Source of the DNA: Candidatus Poribacteria bacterium
GTDB taxonomy: Bacteria > Poribacteria > WGA-4E > WGA-3G
NCBI GenBank assembly: GCA_965215265.1
Contig: OZ244048.1
Location: forward strand, 1,856,001 to 1,920,000
Direction of reading: 5' to 3'
DNA length: 64,000 nucleotides
The notes below the pieces were generated by a model. It worked only from the letters and a program-made list of their open reading frames with translations. It did no database searches and had not been told where the DNA came from. Positions 20,755 to 31,681 of the stretch are shown here, piece by piece (position 1 is the stretch's first letter; each line of letters opens with the position of its first letter). The position numbers and the translations under genes are program-made.

Positions 20755-21483
20755 TTACCAAGAACGGACGAACGTCATTCTTCCAGTAATGCCTGTGTCT
20801 TCATCTTCTTTTTGGGTTTCGTACCCGACAAAGACACCGAGTGTATTGTTTTCACCATACCCGACGTTCGCTCGTGCACCGGCTATCAGACTACTGAGCC
20901 CGCCCTCATCGCCTAAGCTGAGTGTGACTTCTACTTGCGGACCGATAGCGAGAGTGTCGTTGAGTGAGTACAAAATAAAATCGCGCGTATAAAAAGAATC
21001 CTCTGCTTCCTCATCGAAAGGTGAATTGAAGAATCCTTGTATCCACGATTCAAAATAGATGGACCCAGCGGTGAGATACGTGAACAACTGAGGGGCAATC
21101 AGGGAAGATGGACCATTTGGGGCAGCGTAGTCAAATCCGATGCCAACCATCGGTAATAAGCTGAGTTCAAGCTCTTCACTTTCAACAACCGGGATACCGA
21201 GCCCGACATCTAGCTCACCGAAGGTATCTACGATGTAAATATCAGTGTCAAGTGAGATATTGCCGAGGAAATCAGGCGAATGACTCGCACCAAACCAAAT
21301 TTGCGTACCTAAGCTATCCGTGTCCGTACGGAACCACCCTGAGATACTTGATTCCTCTTCCGCGCCGTCTTCATGCATTTCGTGTGCTTCATGTGCATCG
21401 GCAAAAACTGCCGGTGCTGCGGTAATTGTCATAAGACAAACGATTACCAGAATTTTAGTTAACCAAAACGTGTTGATTTTCAT
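20755..21483 (-). CDS. Putative small outer-membrane beta-barrel protein (porin-like)
   Basis: Signal peptide ending VFA, alternating beta-strand pattern, C-terminal aromatic (MTFVRSW); first gene of the amt operon. Confidence 0.65.
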   Translation of the reverse strand: MKINTFWLTKILVIVCLMTITAAPAVFADAHEAHEMHEDGAEEESSISGWFRTDTDSLGTQIWFGASHSPDFLGNISLDTDIYIVDTFGELDVGLGIPVVESEELELSLLPMVGIGFDYAAPNGPSSLIAPQLFTYLTAGSIYFESWIQGFFNSPFDEEAEDSFYTRDFILYSLNDTLAIGPQVEVTLSLGDEGGLSSLIAGARANVGYGENNTLGVFVGYETQKEDEDTGITGRMTFVRSW

Positions 21484-21688
21484 TAAAGTCTCCTTGTTAT
21501 ATAGTTAATGTAGGACGATGTTTGCAAGTCCAGCTTGATAAGCGCCTGGCATTGCACCCCTAAAATATGGGGGGCATCCGTGCTGTACGGTGGCACGTTG
21601 TATGCAAGTCTTCTGAACCTTTTCTTGCAACCCGCATCAATTTATGATAGAATGGGGACTGAACAGCGCACCTGCTACTATATTGTTG

Positions 21689-21705
21689 TGCAATTTGCAT
21701 GCCAA
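21689..21705 (-). promoter_or_regulatory. Sigma-54 (-24/-12) promoter facing the porin-amt-amt operon
   Basis: Minus strand reads TTGGCATGCAAATTGCA, i.e. TGGCAY-N5-TTGCA, about 205 bp upstream of ATG 21483. Confidence 0.75.
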
Positions 21706-21927
21706 TTGTGTACGAGAACCGATCCTAATGCAGTGAAACATGACTGTATAGAGCCGTTTAATGGTATTGCTAAAGCGTATATAGATGGGTGAAAAGGCAT
21801 ACCTACTCAACGGTTGTCGGTTTTTATACAGAGAAGTGATAAGGCTCGCCCGGTGTAGCGCTTCGCTTGTTCCTCTCGTAAAAGACGTTTCGGCTATTCA
21901 TTTTAAGGAGACAGGCCTCTGATAACT

Positions 21928-23331
21928 ATGCTGAAATTTTCATCAAAAAATTGCCCAAAAAAGATGCAAATAGTGCTTTTAAGTACCGTTGTGCTTTTGG
22001 GCACGTGCCTCAGATTCTGGGATTTAGGGGCGTGGAGTTTTTGGAAAGACGAGGTTTTCATGGTGTTAGATGCGGAACAGTTCTCATTGGAGAACATTCG
22101 CATTAATCCCCTGCCGTACCTACTTGTGAAACTATCTATCGCGATTGCAGGTAATAGCGAATGGGGGAGCCGTTTGATTCCTTGTGTGGTCGGAATTTTC
22201 TCAATTCTTTTAATCTTTGGGTTGGCACGGACGCTATTCAATTGGCGGGTCGGGCTGTTGGCAGCAGTGTTCGTTGCATTTGCAAGCTGGCATCTGTTTT
22301 GGTCACAGAATGCACGTGCTTCCTATATTTTGTGCTTTTTTTTCGCAGCATTGACAGCCTGGCTCTTCTACCTATCCCTAGAAAAAAGTTCTACGTTGTT
22401 GACGATCGCTGCATTTTTCAGTTGTGTCTGTCTAATTTTATCGCACTTCCTGACGGTGTTCATCGTTCCAGCATTTGCGATATATGGGTTGCTATGTCTA
22501 CAGCCACCGTCTTCCAGAAAACGGTGGCTGAATTTGCTCCTCTTTTTCGTTCCGTTTGCGTTGCCGATATTAACGCTCTTACACCCTCAGGTGCGCGGAT
22601 ACCTCTTTTCGGGTTGGGGCCTCAACGAATGGCGGCGGAGTCCGCTCTATATCGGACTGACACTCGTGCATGGGATTAGCGTACCCATCGCTGTCACAGC
22701 ATTTTTCGGTGGGATTGCGACAGCATCTAGTCGGCAAACCCGTTTTCTCATCTGCTATGCCGGTGTCCCTTTGTGTCTCTTTCTAATTGCCTCGCAGTTC
22801 CAGAATGTAGCGGGTTATTATCTTTTTTGGACAACACCCGCGTATTTCATTCTCGCTGCTGTGATATGTGACAGGATGTGGCATTGGAGCCGCGCAGAAG
22901 GTGCATCGAAATTATTGGGCACGCTTCTGACCTGCCTCCTTGTGGTGAATCTGGCAGCGCAGGATTACCTCTACTTCAACCTCGAAAATGGCGGACGGCC
23001 CAGGTGGCGTGAGGCGTTTGAAACCGTTCGAACGCAGATGGAATCTACCGATAAAGTGGTACTCTCGGTAACGGCGATGGGAACATACTATCTGCCGCAA
23101 TTGGAGCTAATTTATATCGGAGGATTGCTAAACGATGCAGCAGCATTTGAGAAGCAGTGGATATCTGACGCACACCGGTTGTGGTTCTTAGTAGACGTAG
23201 CGAATTTTAACGTGTTTGATGCAAACGAGAAGGTTCGCAATTGGATCCGCCAGCGCGGACGCTTGGTAAAAACAGTCCCAGCATTTTCCCGGGCGAGAGA
23301 TCGGACAATTCACGTCTATTTATTGGAGTAG
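21928..23331 (+). CDS. GT-C fold glycosyltransferase (GT39/ArnT/PMT_2-like)
   Basis: LRFWDLG..SFWKDE, SEWGSRL, SQNAR.Y, many TM helices. Confidence 0.85.
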   Translation: MLKFSSKNCPKKMQIVLLSTVVLLGTCLRFWDLGAWSFWKDEVFMVLDAEQFSLENIRINPLPYLLVKLSIAIAGNSEWGSRLIPCVVGIFSILLIFGLARTLFNWRVGLLAAVFVAFASWHLFWSQNARASYILCFFFAALTAWLFYLSLEKSSTLLTIAAFFSCVCLILSHFLTVFIVPAFAIYGLLCLQPPSSRKRWLNLLLFFVPFALPILTLLHPQVRGYLFSGWGLNEWRRSPLYIGLTLVHGISVPIAVTAFFGGIATASSRQTRFLICYAGVPLCLFLIASQFQNVAGYYLFWTTPAYFILAAVICDRMWHWSRAEGASKLLGTLLTCLLVVNLAAQDYLYFNLENGGRPRWREAFETVRTQMESTDKVVLSVTAMGTYYLPQLELIYIGGLLNDAAAFEKQWISDAHRLWFLVDVANFNVFDANEKVRNWIRQRGRLVKTVPAFSRARDRTIHVYLLE

Positions 23332-23415
23332 CGATAATAGCAAAAAACAAGATACACACCGGTTGCTTTACGTAGGTAGAACGCATGTTATCCATAACTG
23401 TTCGGTGTCGTAGGG

Positions 23416-26400
23416 TTAACGTTTTTTGACGAATGCAGCACTGCAAATGACTTGAGGCTGCGCGCTGTTTTGCTGCTCGGGGTTAGCAGGACGGTTTACC
23501 ACCGCCGTTAGGTTATAGCGTTGATAGAGGTTTTTCAGTTCAGTGAGTAACGGACTGCTTGTGATTTTGTCGCGATAGATGCGGTTGATTTCTCGTTTGA
23601 GGGCTTCTGTCGGATGTGCACGGAAGGCTTGTTCAAGGTATCCTATTGCTTTATCTGTCTCGGTGTTAGCAAGAATTTTTAACTGGTTCAAGATGTACTT
23701 TTGTGCCCGGGTCAAGTGCTGTTTCGGGAAGAGCGTTTTCATAGCTCTGATTCGGGCAGCAAACTGTTTTTGGGTTTTTGTGACGAGCGCGTTGTGGGTT
23801 GGCGGAATAGGCTCCCCGGGCAATTCCGGGGCACACTCAAGGTAGCGAAGCATTTCTGAGATATCGGTGGTAAGTTCGATGCCGTTTTCATCAAACAGCA
23901 CAAGATGCTTGTTCTGTTGGGAGCGGCAGAAGACATAAGTACCTTCAATCTCCGCCGGGATACCTGTGCGGATGCCGTCTCTCAAATCTGCGATGCGCTG
24001 ATATTCGTCTGGGTTTTGTCGTTTTAATTGTCGCAACATCTCTTCTGCTTCGCTTAAACCGAAACTGGCTTCCTCTGTTTCTTCAAAGCTGCTGAGCTCT
24101 TCGCCGTTCTGTTCATATATAGCGTACATGGTGCTTTCGTTGAGCTGCTCGGTGTTATCAAGGATCGCCGCATCTTCGCCAATGGTATCGTGAATTTCTT
24201 GTATGCGATGGGTGAGTTTTTCACGGAGCCCGAGGTTGCGCTCAATGCCGAGCTCTGGAAGGAAGTTGAAGCCGTGAATTTCGTCAAACCGGCTGCCTAT
24301 TCTGTCAATGCGTCCAAAACGTTGGATTAATCTGACTGGGTTCCAGTGTAAATCGTAGTTGATGAGCATGCCGCAATCTTGCAAGTTCAACCCCTCAGCG
24401 AGCACATCTGTGGTAATCAACGTATTAATCTCATTTTCGCCCGGTTTGAGTTTGTATCCATTTGACTTAGGTGAGAACAAGCCGACGACATGCGGTTTCT
24501 TCGTCTTTTTGTTGCTATGAATGACCTCAGTATTGCTATCCGTTAGGTTCTCAGAAAGATAAAGCGCGGTATCAATATACTGCGTAAAGATTAAGCGTTT
24601 TTTGCCGTGCAACGGTGGGTTCTCAAGCTGCTTTTTGAGGGTTTGAAGCTTAGCATCCTGCGCCGGGGTGATAGAGCGCACGCTCTCTAAAATCTCCGCT
24701 AAGATTTCAATATCATGTTTTATCGCGGCACGTAGTCTAGTGACGTTAAAGTCCCGGATTTTGTATTGTTCTGAGGTTTCACGCAATTGATCCAGAACGG
24801 TGCTAATGTCTTGTTCTTCGGCGGTGAGGTCCGTTTCCTCGGCTGTAGCTGCTTCATAGAGAATTTTTTGCGCACCGTCACCAGCAGGCACAACCCCGTT
24901 TTCAAGGGCACTGAGGAACTCAACATGCACGTTGTGGAATCGGGAGATAGTGGTTTTAAAAGCATAGACGCTGGATTCAAACCGTTTGAAGAGAAGGATG
25001 CGCATCAGGCCGCGTAGGTTCCTTCCAGCACTCTGTAAATCCTGATAAGGCGATAGTCCCTGTTTTTCACGTTTGACGTAGTGCCAAAGCCCATAGCGCG
25101 CATAACTCAATTGGGGGACTGTGGTAGCCTCAGTTGTGCCGATATATTCTCTAATCCGTTGATAAAGCCCTTGGTAGGTCTCCTCAATGCTATATTCTAT
25201 CGTCTTGAGGCACCGCTTTGGAAAGAACTGTTTTGCACCACCAACTCGGACGTAGGCACGGCGTTGGCGGTGCAAATAATCCCCAAATTGCGTCGCATCC
25301 ACCGGTTCATCTGTCTCCGCATCATATCCATACCATCGCAGAATATGGTTTCGCGTACGACGGATGAGAATGTGCTGCAAGAGTTTAGTGAGGCAGGACT
25401 CCCCGGCCTCAATCATACGGAAATATTGCCGGAGATTAGATTCCTCTAACGGGAGCTGTGTCTCATCGGTAATATGAAAAAGCTTGAGCTGATGGTAGAT
25501 GTCCCACGCACTTTTATTCCGCGGCGTTGCCGTGAGCAAGCAGCACTTTTTCGCACCGCTGGCCAAAAATTCCTGCAAGATGCGGTAACGCTGTGTATTA
25601 GCGTTTCGGAAATGATGACTTTCATCAATGAGAACAAAATCGCACTGTCTATACCGAATGTCCTCAAACAGGCGCTGCCTCGCATCCTCTGCTCCACTAC
25701 TCAAAAGTCCTGTTGAGAGAATTTCAGCGTGGAGCCTATAGGTAGCGTTATACTCTCTCCACATCGGAATGAGACCGGGCGGACAGAGAATCAGCGGACG
25801 AGCCGCCTCAGATACCTCAAAATGCTTGATAATTGCAGAACCGATGTAACTCTTACCCAAACCCACAACATCCGAGATGAAGACACCACCGTACTCATTA
25901 ATCAACTTGATTGCTTGGGATACGGCGACTTGTTGAAAATCTGTCAACTGCTCAAGCAGTTCGTCCGAGGACGAGACATCAATTCCTTCATCCGCCTCAA
26001 TGCTCTCTTTCACCAATTCATAAATCGTTTTCATGTAGATATCGTACGGACGGACAAGGGCAAGTGCCCAAGAGGTTTTTAACTCCTCCATCAAAGCAGC
26101 TGCGAACTCCTCTGATTCATCCCATAATTCGTCAAACCAGTTTCGGAGTTGTTCCTGATTCGCTTTGCCATGGACGACGACGTTTAGTTCTGTGTTACTT
26201 GTTAACCCAGCGAGGGTAAGGTTCGATGAGCCGACAATAGAAATGCCTGATTCATATTTATTGTCTTTATAGTCAAAAATATACGCCTTGGCGTGAAGGC
26301 GTTCCTTAGTATAAACCTTGACTTTTAACTGCCCGCTGGCGATGAGATCCACGAGGGTTTTGATGAACCGCTCAGAGGTATCCAATTGCGGCATCGTTTC

Positions 26401-26724
26401 GATGCAGGCCCTGAGGTTTTGTGTTGTTTCTTGGGCACGCGCTTTGTGCTCCGTGCTTTTCAAATAACGATTTGATTGAATCGTTTCTTCAACAGACCTC
26501 AACTGTTGATATCCCTCAGCAAGTTGTTCAATGGTTTCGCGGGTGCTGGTGTTGCCAATCAGCAGGCGAAGCTCCGTGACGTTTTGGAGCGGCTCCGCAA
26601 TACCTTCAAAACCAGAGAGAAAAAAGTAGCCGACGGCGAAACGCGCACGCTCAGTTTCATCTAAAATGAGGTTGACGTGCTCTAGCAGTTTTTCGTGACG
26701 GTTGTCAATAATGTCGTGTGGCAT
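23416..26724 (-). CDS. PLD nuclease-SNF2 helicase fusion (restriction-modification associated)
   Basis: LHAKAYIFD...GSSNLT (HKD), DVVGLGKS, IDESHHF, LTATP, EGLNLQ, WNPVRLIQRFGRIDR; start at MPHDIIDNR. Confidence 0.9.
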   Translation of the reverse strand: MPHDIIDNRHEKLLEHVNLILDETERARFAVGYFFLSGFEGIAEPLQNVTELRLLIGNTSTRETIEQLAEGYQQLRSVEETIQSNRYLKSTEHKARAQETTQNLRACIETMPQLDTSERFIKTLVDLIASGQLKVKVYTKERLHAKAYIFDYKDNKYESGISIVGSSNLTLAGLTSNTELNVVVHGKANQEQLRNWFDELWDESEEFAAALMEELKTSWALALVRPYDIYMKTIYELVKESIEADEGIDVSSSDELLEQLTDFQQVAVSQAIKLINEYGGVFISDVVGLGKSYIGSAIIKHFEVSEAARPLILCPPGLIPMWREYNATYRLHAEILSTGLLSSGAEDARQRLFEDIRYRQCDFVLIDESHHFRNANTQRYRILQEFLASGAKKCCLLTATPRNKSAWDIYHQLKLFHITDETQLPLEESNLRQYFRMIEAGESCLTKLLQHILIRRTRNHILRWYGYDAETDEPVDATQFGDYLHRQRRAYVRVGGAKQFFPKRCLKTIEYSIEETYQGLYQRIREYIGTTEATTVPQLSYARYGLWHYVKREKQGLSPYQDLQSAGRNLRGLMRILLFKRFESSVYAFKTTISRFHNVHVEFLSALENGVVPAGDGAQKILYEAATAEETDLTAEEQDISTVLDQLRETSEQYKIRDFNVTRLRAAIKHDIEILAEILESVRSITPAQDAKLQTLKKQLENPPLHGKKRLIFTQYIDTALYLSENLTDSNTEVIHSNKKTKKPHVVGLFSPKSNGYKLKPGENEINTLITTDVLAEGLNLQDCGMLINYDLHWNPVRLIQRFGRIDRIGSRFDEIHGFNFLPELGIERNLGLREKLTHRIQEIHDTIGEDAAILDNTEQLNESTMYAIYEQNGEELSSFEETEEASFGLSEAEEMLRQLKRQNPDEYQRIADLRDGIRTGIPAEIEGTYVFCRSQQNKHLVLFDENGIELTTDISEMLRYLECAPELPGEPIPPTHNALVTKTQKQFAARIRAMKTLFPKQHLTRAQKYILNQLKILANTETDKAIGYLEQAFRAHPTEALKREINRIYRDKITSSPLLTELKNLYQRYNLTAVVNRPANPEQQNSAQPQVICSAAFVKKR

Positions 26725-26787
26725 TTTTATCTTCAGAAAAAAGTTTAGGATCGGCAAAATTGATCGCGGTTAGGCACATCCTGTTTT

Positions 26788-29700
26788 TTAAGTTTTTGCC
26801 TTTGCAAGGCGGGTTTCGACGAGCCGGTCCACTGCTTCGTAGACTCCGTCGCGTTCACCTTGGGTTAGTTGTAAGATGTCAAATATGAGATTGTCAAGGG
26901 CGAGACGTGCTGGGGAAGGTTGTAAAACATCCCAATTTTCTGATTCGAGGAGGGTTAAATTAAGATTTACCCCCCCCCATCAATGTTAAGTAAATTGGGA
27001 TTAACACATAGTAAATCCACCAAATCAGAAGTTTGAAGTTCTAAAACCCCATATCCGAGGCTGGAGCGGCCGCTCACGTTCACCATTAACTGAAACAGAG
27101 ACGAATTTAGCGAGAAACAGAGAGGCACTCTCAACTCAGCAGGAGCATTAACTTCTACAAATTTATCTAAGGCGTAACACCCTTCAGTGGAGTATAGGGT
27201 TCGCGCTGAGGAAGGAATCCGGCGCGGAAAAAAGAGATAGGGGAGCGGACGTTTTCCTACATCATACCACCTTGACCTGTTTCGGCAACTGGGCCTCTTA
27301 TGAAAGTTTTGCGATTCACCCCATTTGATATACTCTAGCGCAGATGTTCCGCTCAAAACGCTTTTTTCTTTCAGACACATAAATAATTGTTTCGGGAGTT
27401 GTTCCGGATTAACCCTAAGACTGTTCACGTTTTTCGGACTGGCGATAAAAGGCCGTAAAAATTCTGCTTCAATATTCCACGCTGAAATTGTTTCGGAGTC
27501 GAGAATGAAAAACCTGTTTGCACCAGTTTTTAATCCCATACGAACCTCAGCGATATCTCCTACCCGCACCAGTTTATCCTTTCCTTTTTCCAAGAGGGAC
27601 CAGTAGATGTCGGGGGCGCGGAGGTATTTTCCGCCCCATTTGTTGCCTGCATATTTCCCCTTTTCATCCATTCCGTTGTCTAAAAGTGTTCTCTGCGAAA
27701 CGGGGTGAATGCGGTGTTCCGGTGTGCTTGTGCGTTCGGTTGCGGTTTCAATTTCGTAGAAAACCACCGGATCCAGAATTGCCTCAAACGGTTCGGTGAA
27801 GTTAACGAACCGCGCCGTTTTTTGCAAGCCGGACCCTGGGTTTTTATCGGGCGCGGAAATCAGACAGATAACAGTGTTAATATTTACGCCTTTGAAGGAG
27901 CGACGTGCTTGGTTGTCTAAAACCATCTTACAGTGGCACTGCTTGAGCAAAAACTCCTTCAAATTTTTGCCAAAGTAGGCATCTAGCCATGAGTTGGAGG
28001 TGATGGTACAGAAGGTGCCCTTTAAGTTGAGCAGAGAGAGCCCATGAAAGTAGAAGTAGACGTAGAGATCGCTTTTCGCATCTAGCATCTGTTTGACAGC
28101 AGATGCAGGATTTTCTTTCATATCTTTTTCGGGTTGGTACCCAAAAAAATTAGGAAATGCTTGATAGACCGAACGCGCCAACTTTGCCTTATACGTTTTT
28201 TTGTTAGCGGCTCTCACTTCTGCGCTTGGCAGTGTTGGGTCGGCAATCTGTTCTTGACGGATGTACGGTGGATTTTCAACGACGATATCAAAACCGCCGC
28301 GTTGATTGAAGATTTCCACAAAGGCGATGTCCCAGACGAAAGGCGGCGTTGTGTTTGATGAGAGGGCCTCATGAACGCGGCGTACTTGCACGAGGTTTTC
28401 TTCGAGTTTCGCGAGTTCGTCCCGCTTCTCAAGCGTCTCAAAGTCTAATTGGTATTCAGCGATTTGCATCCCAGGGAGTGATATCTGTTCGCTGGGATCT
28501 TCTAGCCACGCTTTTCCAGCCCTGATATCTTTGGAAAGGCGGATGTCATAGCTCTGGAGGAGTTCTCGGAAGAGTCTATGTTCTGCATCTTGGAGCTCGT
28601 ATTTTTCGGTGTATTTCCTATCTTCCTTGCCGTTGTAAAACTTGAGTTTCTCTGTCTGGAGGTTGGTAATTTTGCGCTTGATGTCCCTCGGTACACCGCT
28701 ACCGAGTGCACGCGTCTGCGCGAGGTTCATCCCACCGATGTCCTGTACAATGCTATCGCCGTCTCGGATATTGAAGGAGAAATCAGGGAGTAGCGGTTCA
28801 TTTCTGACGTTCAATTCTCCAGGCGTGTATTCCGCATCGATAATTAGCGCGAGCCAGAGTCGAAGTTCTGTGACTTTGCATGCCCACTGTTTTACATCAA
28901 CGCCGTATAAATTTTTGCCGATGATCGCTTTTTTCCGTTCAAAGGGAGCGGTAGGTGTGGAACCGAGGTGACGTTCGGCTCGCATGTGCAGTTCATGAAG
29001 AATGTGAAGCATTCCGACAAGGAAGGAGCCGCTGCCACAGGCCGGGTCGAGGATCGTGATTGCGTTGAGGTGTTGCGATATTGCTTCCCACTGATCGGCG
29101 AGATGGGCATCGGCAAGCTCTTTGTCGGTTTCGTCAAGGCTGAAGAGTGCTTCGTATAAGGCGTGTTTGTGCTCGTCGCCTATATGATTCATCAGATTGT
29201 CAACGAGTGCAAGCCTGCACATCAGATCTATTTCGATACGAGGCGTGTAGAAGATACCTGCATCGCCGCGTTCATTGGTTTCGTCAGAAACGCTGACGAG
29301 GCTTTCGTAGACTTTGCCTATCATCTCTGGGTCAACAGCTACCTCTTGGTCCAGCGGTGTATCTTCAGCGATGGTGAAGTTGTATCTCTCAAAGAAAGTG
29401 AATATCTGCTGCCATAGTTCGTCGGAAATTTTGACAGTATAGGCGGTATCGAGTTCATTTTCTCGGAACAAGCCACCGTTGAGATAAGGTGCGAGTTGCA
29501 ATGTTTCGCGGATGCTTTCAGGGAAATATCGGTATCCGCCGTGAAACAGGTTGTTGAAAGCTTTGAAGAAGAGGATGTTTAGCCATTTTTCTACGAAGGT
29601 GTCTGCGGCTTGTGCTGTATTTTTATATTCTTCCCAGCAGGTTCGGAGGAATTCGGTATCGTCGCGGAGCCATCGCTTTCGCTGGATAAAATAGAGAAAG

Positions 29701-30392
29701 AGGCATCGGCTGAGGAATTGTTGTGCGTAATCGTGTGCCCATTTTGGGTTGTCTGTTTGGTTTTTCAATTCTGTTTGGAGTGTTTTGAAAACGCCCTTAT
29801 ATTCTTGAAAGAAAGCCTCAGTGACTGCTTCAACGTCAAAGGCATCGTCATGTAATTTGGCAATTTCAATCGGTGTGACAGTGTCATCAGCTGTGAATAG
29901 GTTTTCCGCATGGCTGTCGTGCAACATCTCGATATCGAGCATTGCAATGCGTTCCGCAGCGGTTCGGAGCCTTTCATGAGATGCGATGGTGATACGCCGG
30001 AAGAGGTATTTTGGCTTTAGTTCTTTACGTTTAGCAGAGACGGCCTTTACGTTGACGAAGTGCCAATGGTCTTGCGCCGGATTGCTAAAGATGTAGAGTG
30101 CGTGGGGGAAACGGGTCTGGCAGTGGGCGATAAACCTGCGTTCGTCTGTTTTTTGAGGTTTATCCGTGCGAAGTTGCGTGTATATAATATTAAAACCGTT
30201 ATTAATACCAGCCGCCGCAAAACAGCTCGGGGGTTCTTTAATCCGTTCGTTAATAGCTTCAGGCAGTTCGTGAATGGGGCTATCAATCTGATTGTAGTTG
30301 AGCTCTACCCAGAGAAGTTGTCTGAGCTTGTCAATGCCGCGAAACTTTTGTAAAAGTTGAAGGATGCGTTGTACCTTTTCCGGTGTTGGCAT
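26788..30392 (-). CDS. Eco57I/type IIG-like N6-adenine DNA methyltransferase, frameshifted at a G9 tract near the 3' end
   Basis: YLNGGLF, GIFYTP, ILDPACGSGSF, GVD, ENPPYIRQE, KSDLYVYF; ORF stops at 26967 right after G9, and the conserved tail (ALDNLIFDILQLTQGERDGVYEAVDRLVETRLAKA) continues in another frame to 26788. Confidence 0.88.
26970..26978 (-). repeat. G9 homopolymer tract (candidate phase-variation SSR)
   Basis: C9 on the plus strand; G7 or G10 would restore the MTase frame. Confidence 0.7.
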
Positions 30393-30432
30393 TTTTAGGG
30401 TTCTCTATTCGTTAAGGCCCGCGGACGTGGCT

Positions 30433-31125
30433 TTATAGATTCGTTTCCGCGCTTTCGACTTGTGACATCAGTTGTTCAAGTTTCTGTTTATCTTTGACCC
30501 CTTTCGTGGCTTCCACGCCTGAGCAGAGGTCGATGCCGTAGGGCCGGAGCGTCTCAATCGCTGCTTTGACGTTCTCCGGACGGATGCCACCTGCGAAGAA
30601 CACCGGGAGTGGGCTCCTCTCGATGAGCTCTGCCGCAACGTTCCAATCGCAGGTTTTGCCGGTACCGCCGTATCGCGGTTTTTTGAGGCTCACGTCGACG
30701 CTGTCAAATAGAAAGAAATCGGTGCCAGCATCGTGATACGCTCTCATATCTGTCTGAACTGCTGGCATATCTACGTTTTGTGGACTACCAGCGGGCAGAT
30801 AGATCGATTTCCAGAGTTGACAGCAGACGGTCCGTTTTAGAGTTTCCACTTGTTCCGGCGGTTCGTGTCCGAGGAGCTGAACCGCGAAAGGTTGTATCTG
30901 GGCAACTGCTGCTTGAATGTCTGCCGTGCTACGATTAAATAAGAGCAGGACGGTTGGAATGGGACTCGCCGCTGCGATTTCCACGGCTTGGACAGGGCTG
31001 CGTGAACGTTCTGAGACGGCAACATCAACGAGTACGCCAGAGTAATCTGCACCGGCTTCGGCGGCGAGATGAGCATCATGGATGGTAGTGGTGCCGCAAA
31101 TTTTGACTTTGCATCGGGTGTCCAT
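30433..31125 (-). CDS. trpF: Phosphoribosylanthranilate isomerase
   Basis: KVKICG, VQLLG.E, GGTGKT.DW, FAGGIRPENV, GIDLCSGVE. Confidence 0.93.
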   Translation of the reverse strand: MDTRCKVKICGTTTIHDAHLAAEAGADYSGVLVDVAVSERSRSPVQAVEIAAASPIPTVLLLFNRSTADIQAAVAQIQPFAVQLLGHEPPEQVETLKRTVCCQLWKSIYLPAGSPQNVDMPAVQTDMRAYHDAGTDFFLFDSVDVSLKKPRYGGTGKTCDWNVAAELIERSPLPVFFAGGIRPENVKAAIETLRPYGIDLCSGVEATKGVKDKQKLEQLMSQVESAETNL

Positions 31126-31137
31126 AGTACAAAACCC

Positions 31138-31497
31138 CTATTCACAGAAGACTGTCTGCCTGTCAGCATCCGAATAGCAGATAATCATGGTAACAGGTTG
31201 CCACCCGGTGTTGACGGCATTGTGTTTAACGTTGCGCGGGATACGCAGCATCATGCCGGGTTTCAACGGGATCACTTCCTCTCCCAACTTATGGTCGCAT
31301 TCACCGGAGAGGACATAGATGAGCTCTTCACAGTTCGGATGATAGTGCGTCGGATTGCGTTCGCCTGCATTAATGTACACAACCCCGAAGGTCATCTCTG
31401 CTTCCGCATCAATCTGGTCGTTGCAGAGCCATTTTATGGCACCCCATGAAAATTCAAGTGCACCGGCATCGTTGCTATTCGTTAGCGTTATTTCCAT
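31138..31497 (-). CDS. Cupin domain protein
   Basis: HYHPNCEELIYVLSG and IPRNVKHN cupin motifs; start set at MEITL. Confidence 0.9.
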   Translation of the reverse strand: MEITLTNSNDAGALEFSWGAIKWLCNDQIDAEAEMTFGVVYINAGERNPTHYHPNCEELIYVLSGECDHKLGEEVIPLKPGMMLRIPRNVKHNAVNTGWQPVTMIICYSDADRQTVFCE

Positions 31498-31681
31498 GTT
31501 ATCTGGTTCCTTTAATCCTTTGAATTTATAAAGGTGTTGAATTGTAGCGTTCCTACCTACGGTAAAAAAATCTTCATTAATAAGGATACCATATCTGCAA
31601 AAAAATGTCACGTGGATAATTTGTCTGAATTAGAATTTTCAGAAGACATTAGACATTGATGGCGATGGGCGGGGTAAACGT

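Noticed and set aside
21591-21606. Plus-strand sigma-54-like TGGCACGTTGTATGCA
   Set aside because: Weaker -12 match, ~320 bp from the glycosyltransferase start, and no supporting context.
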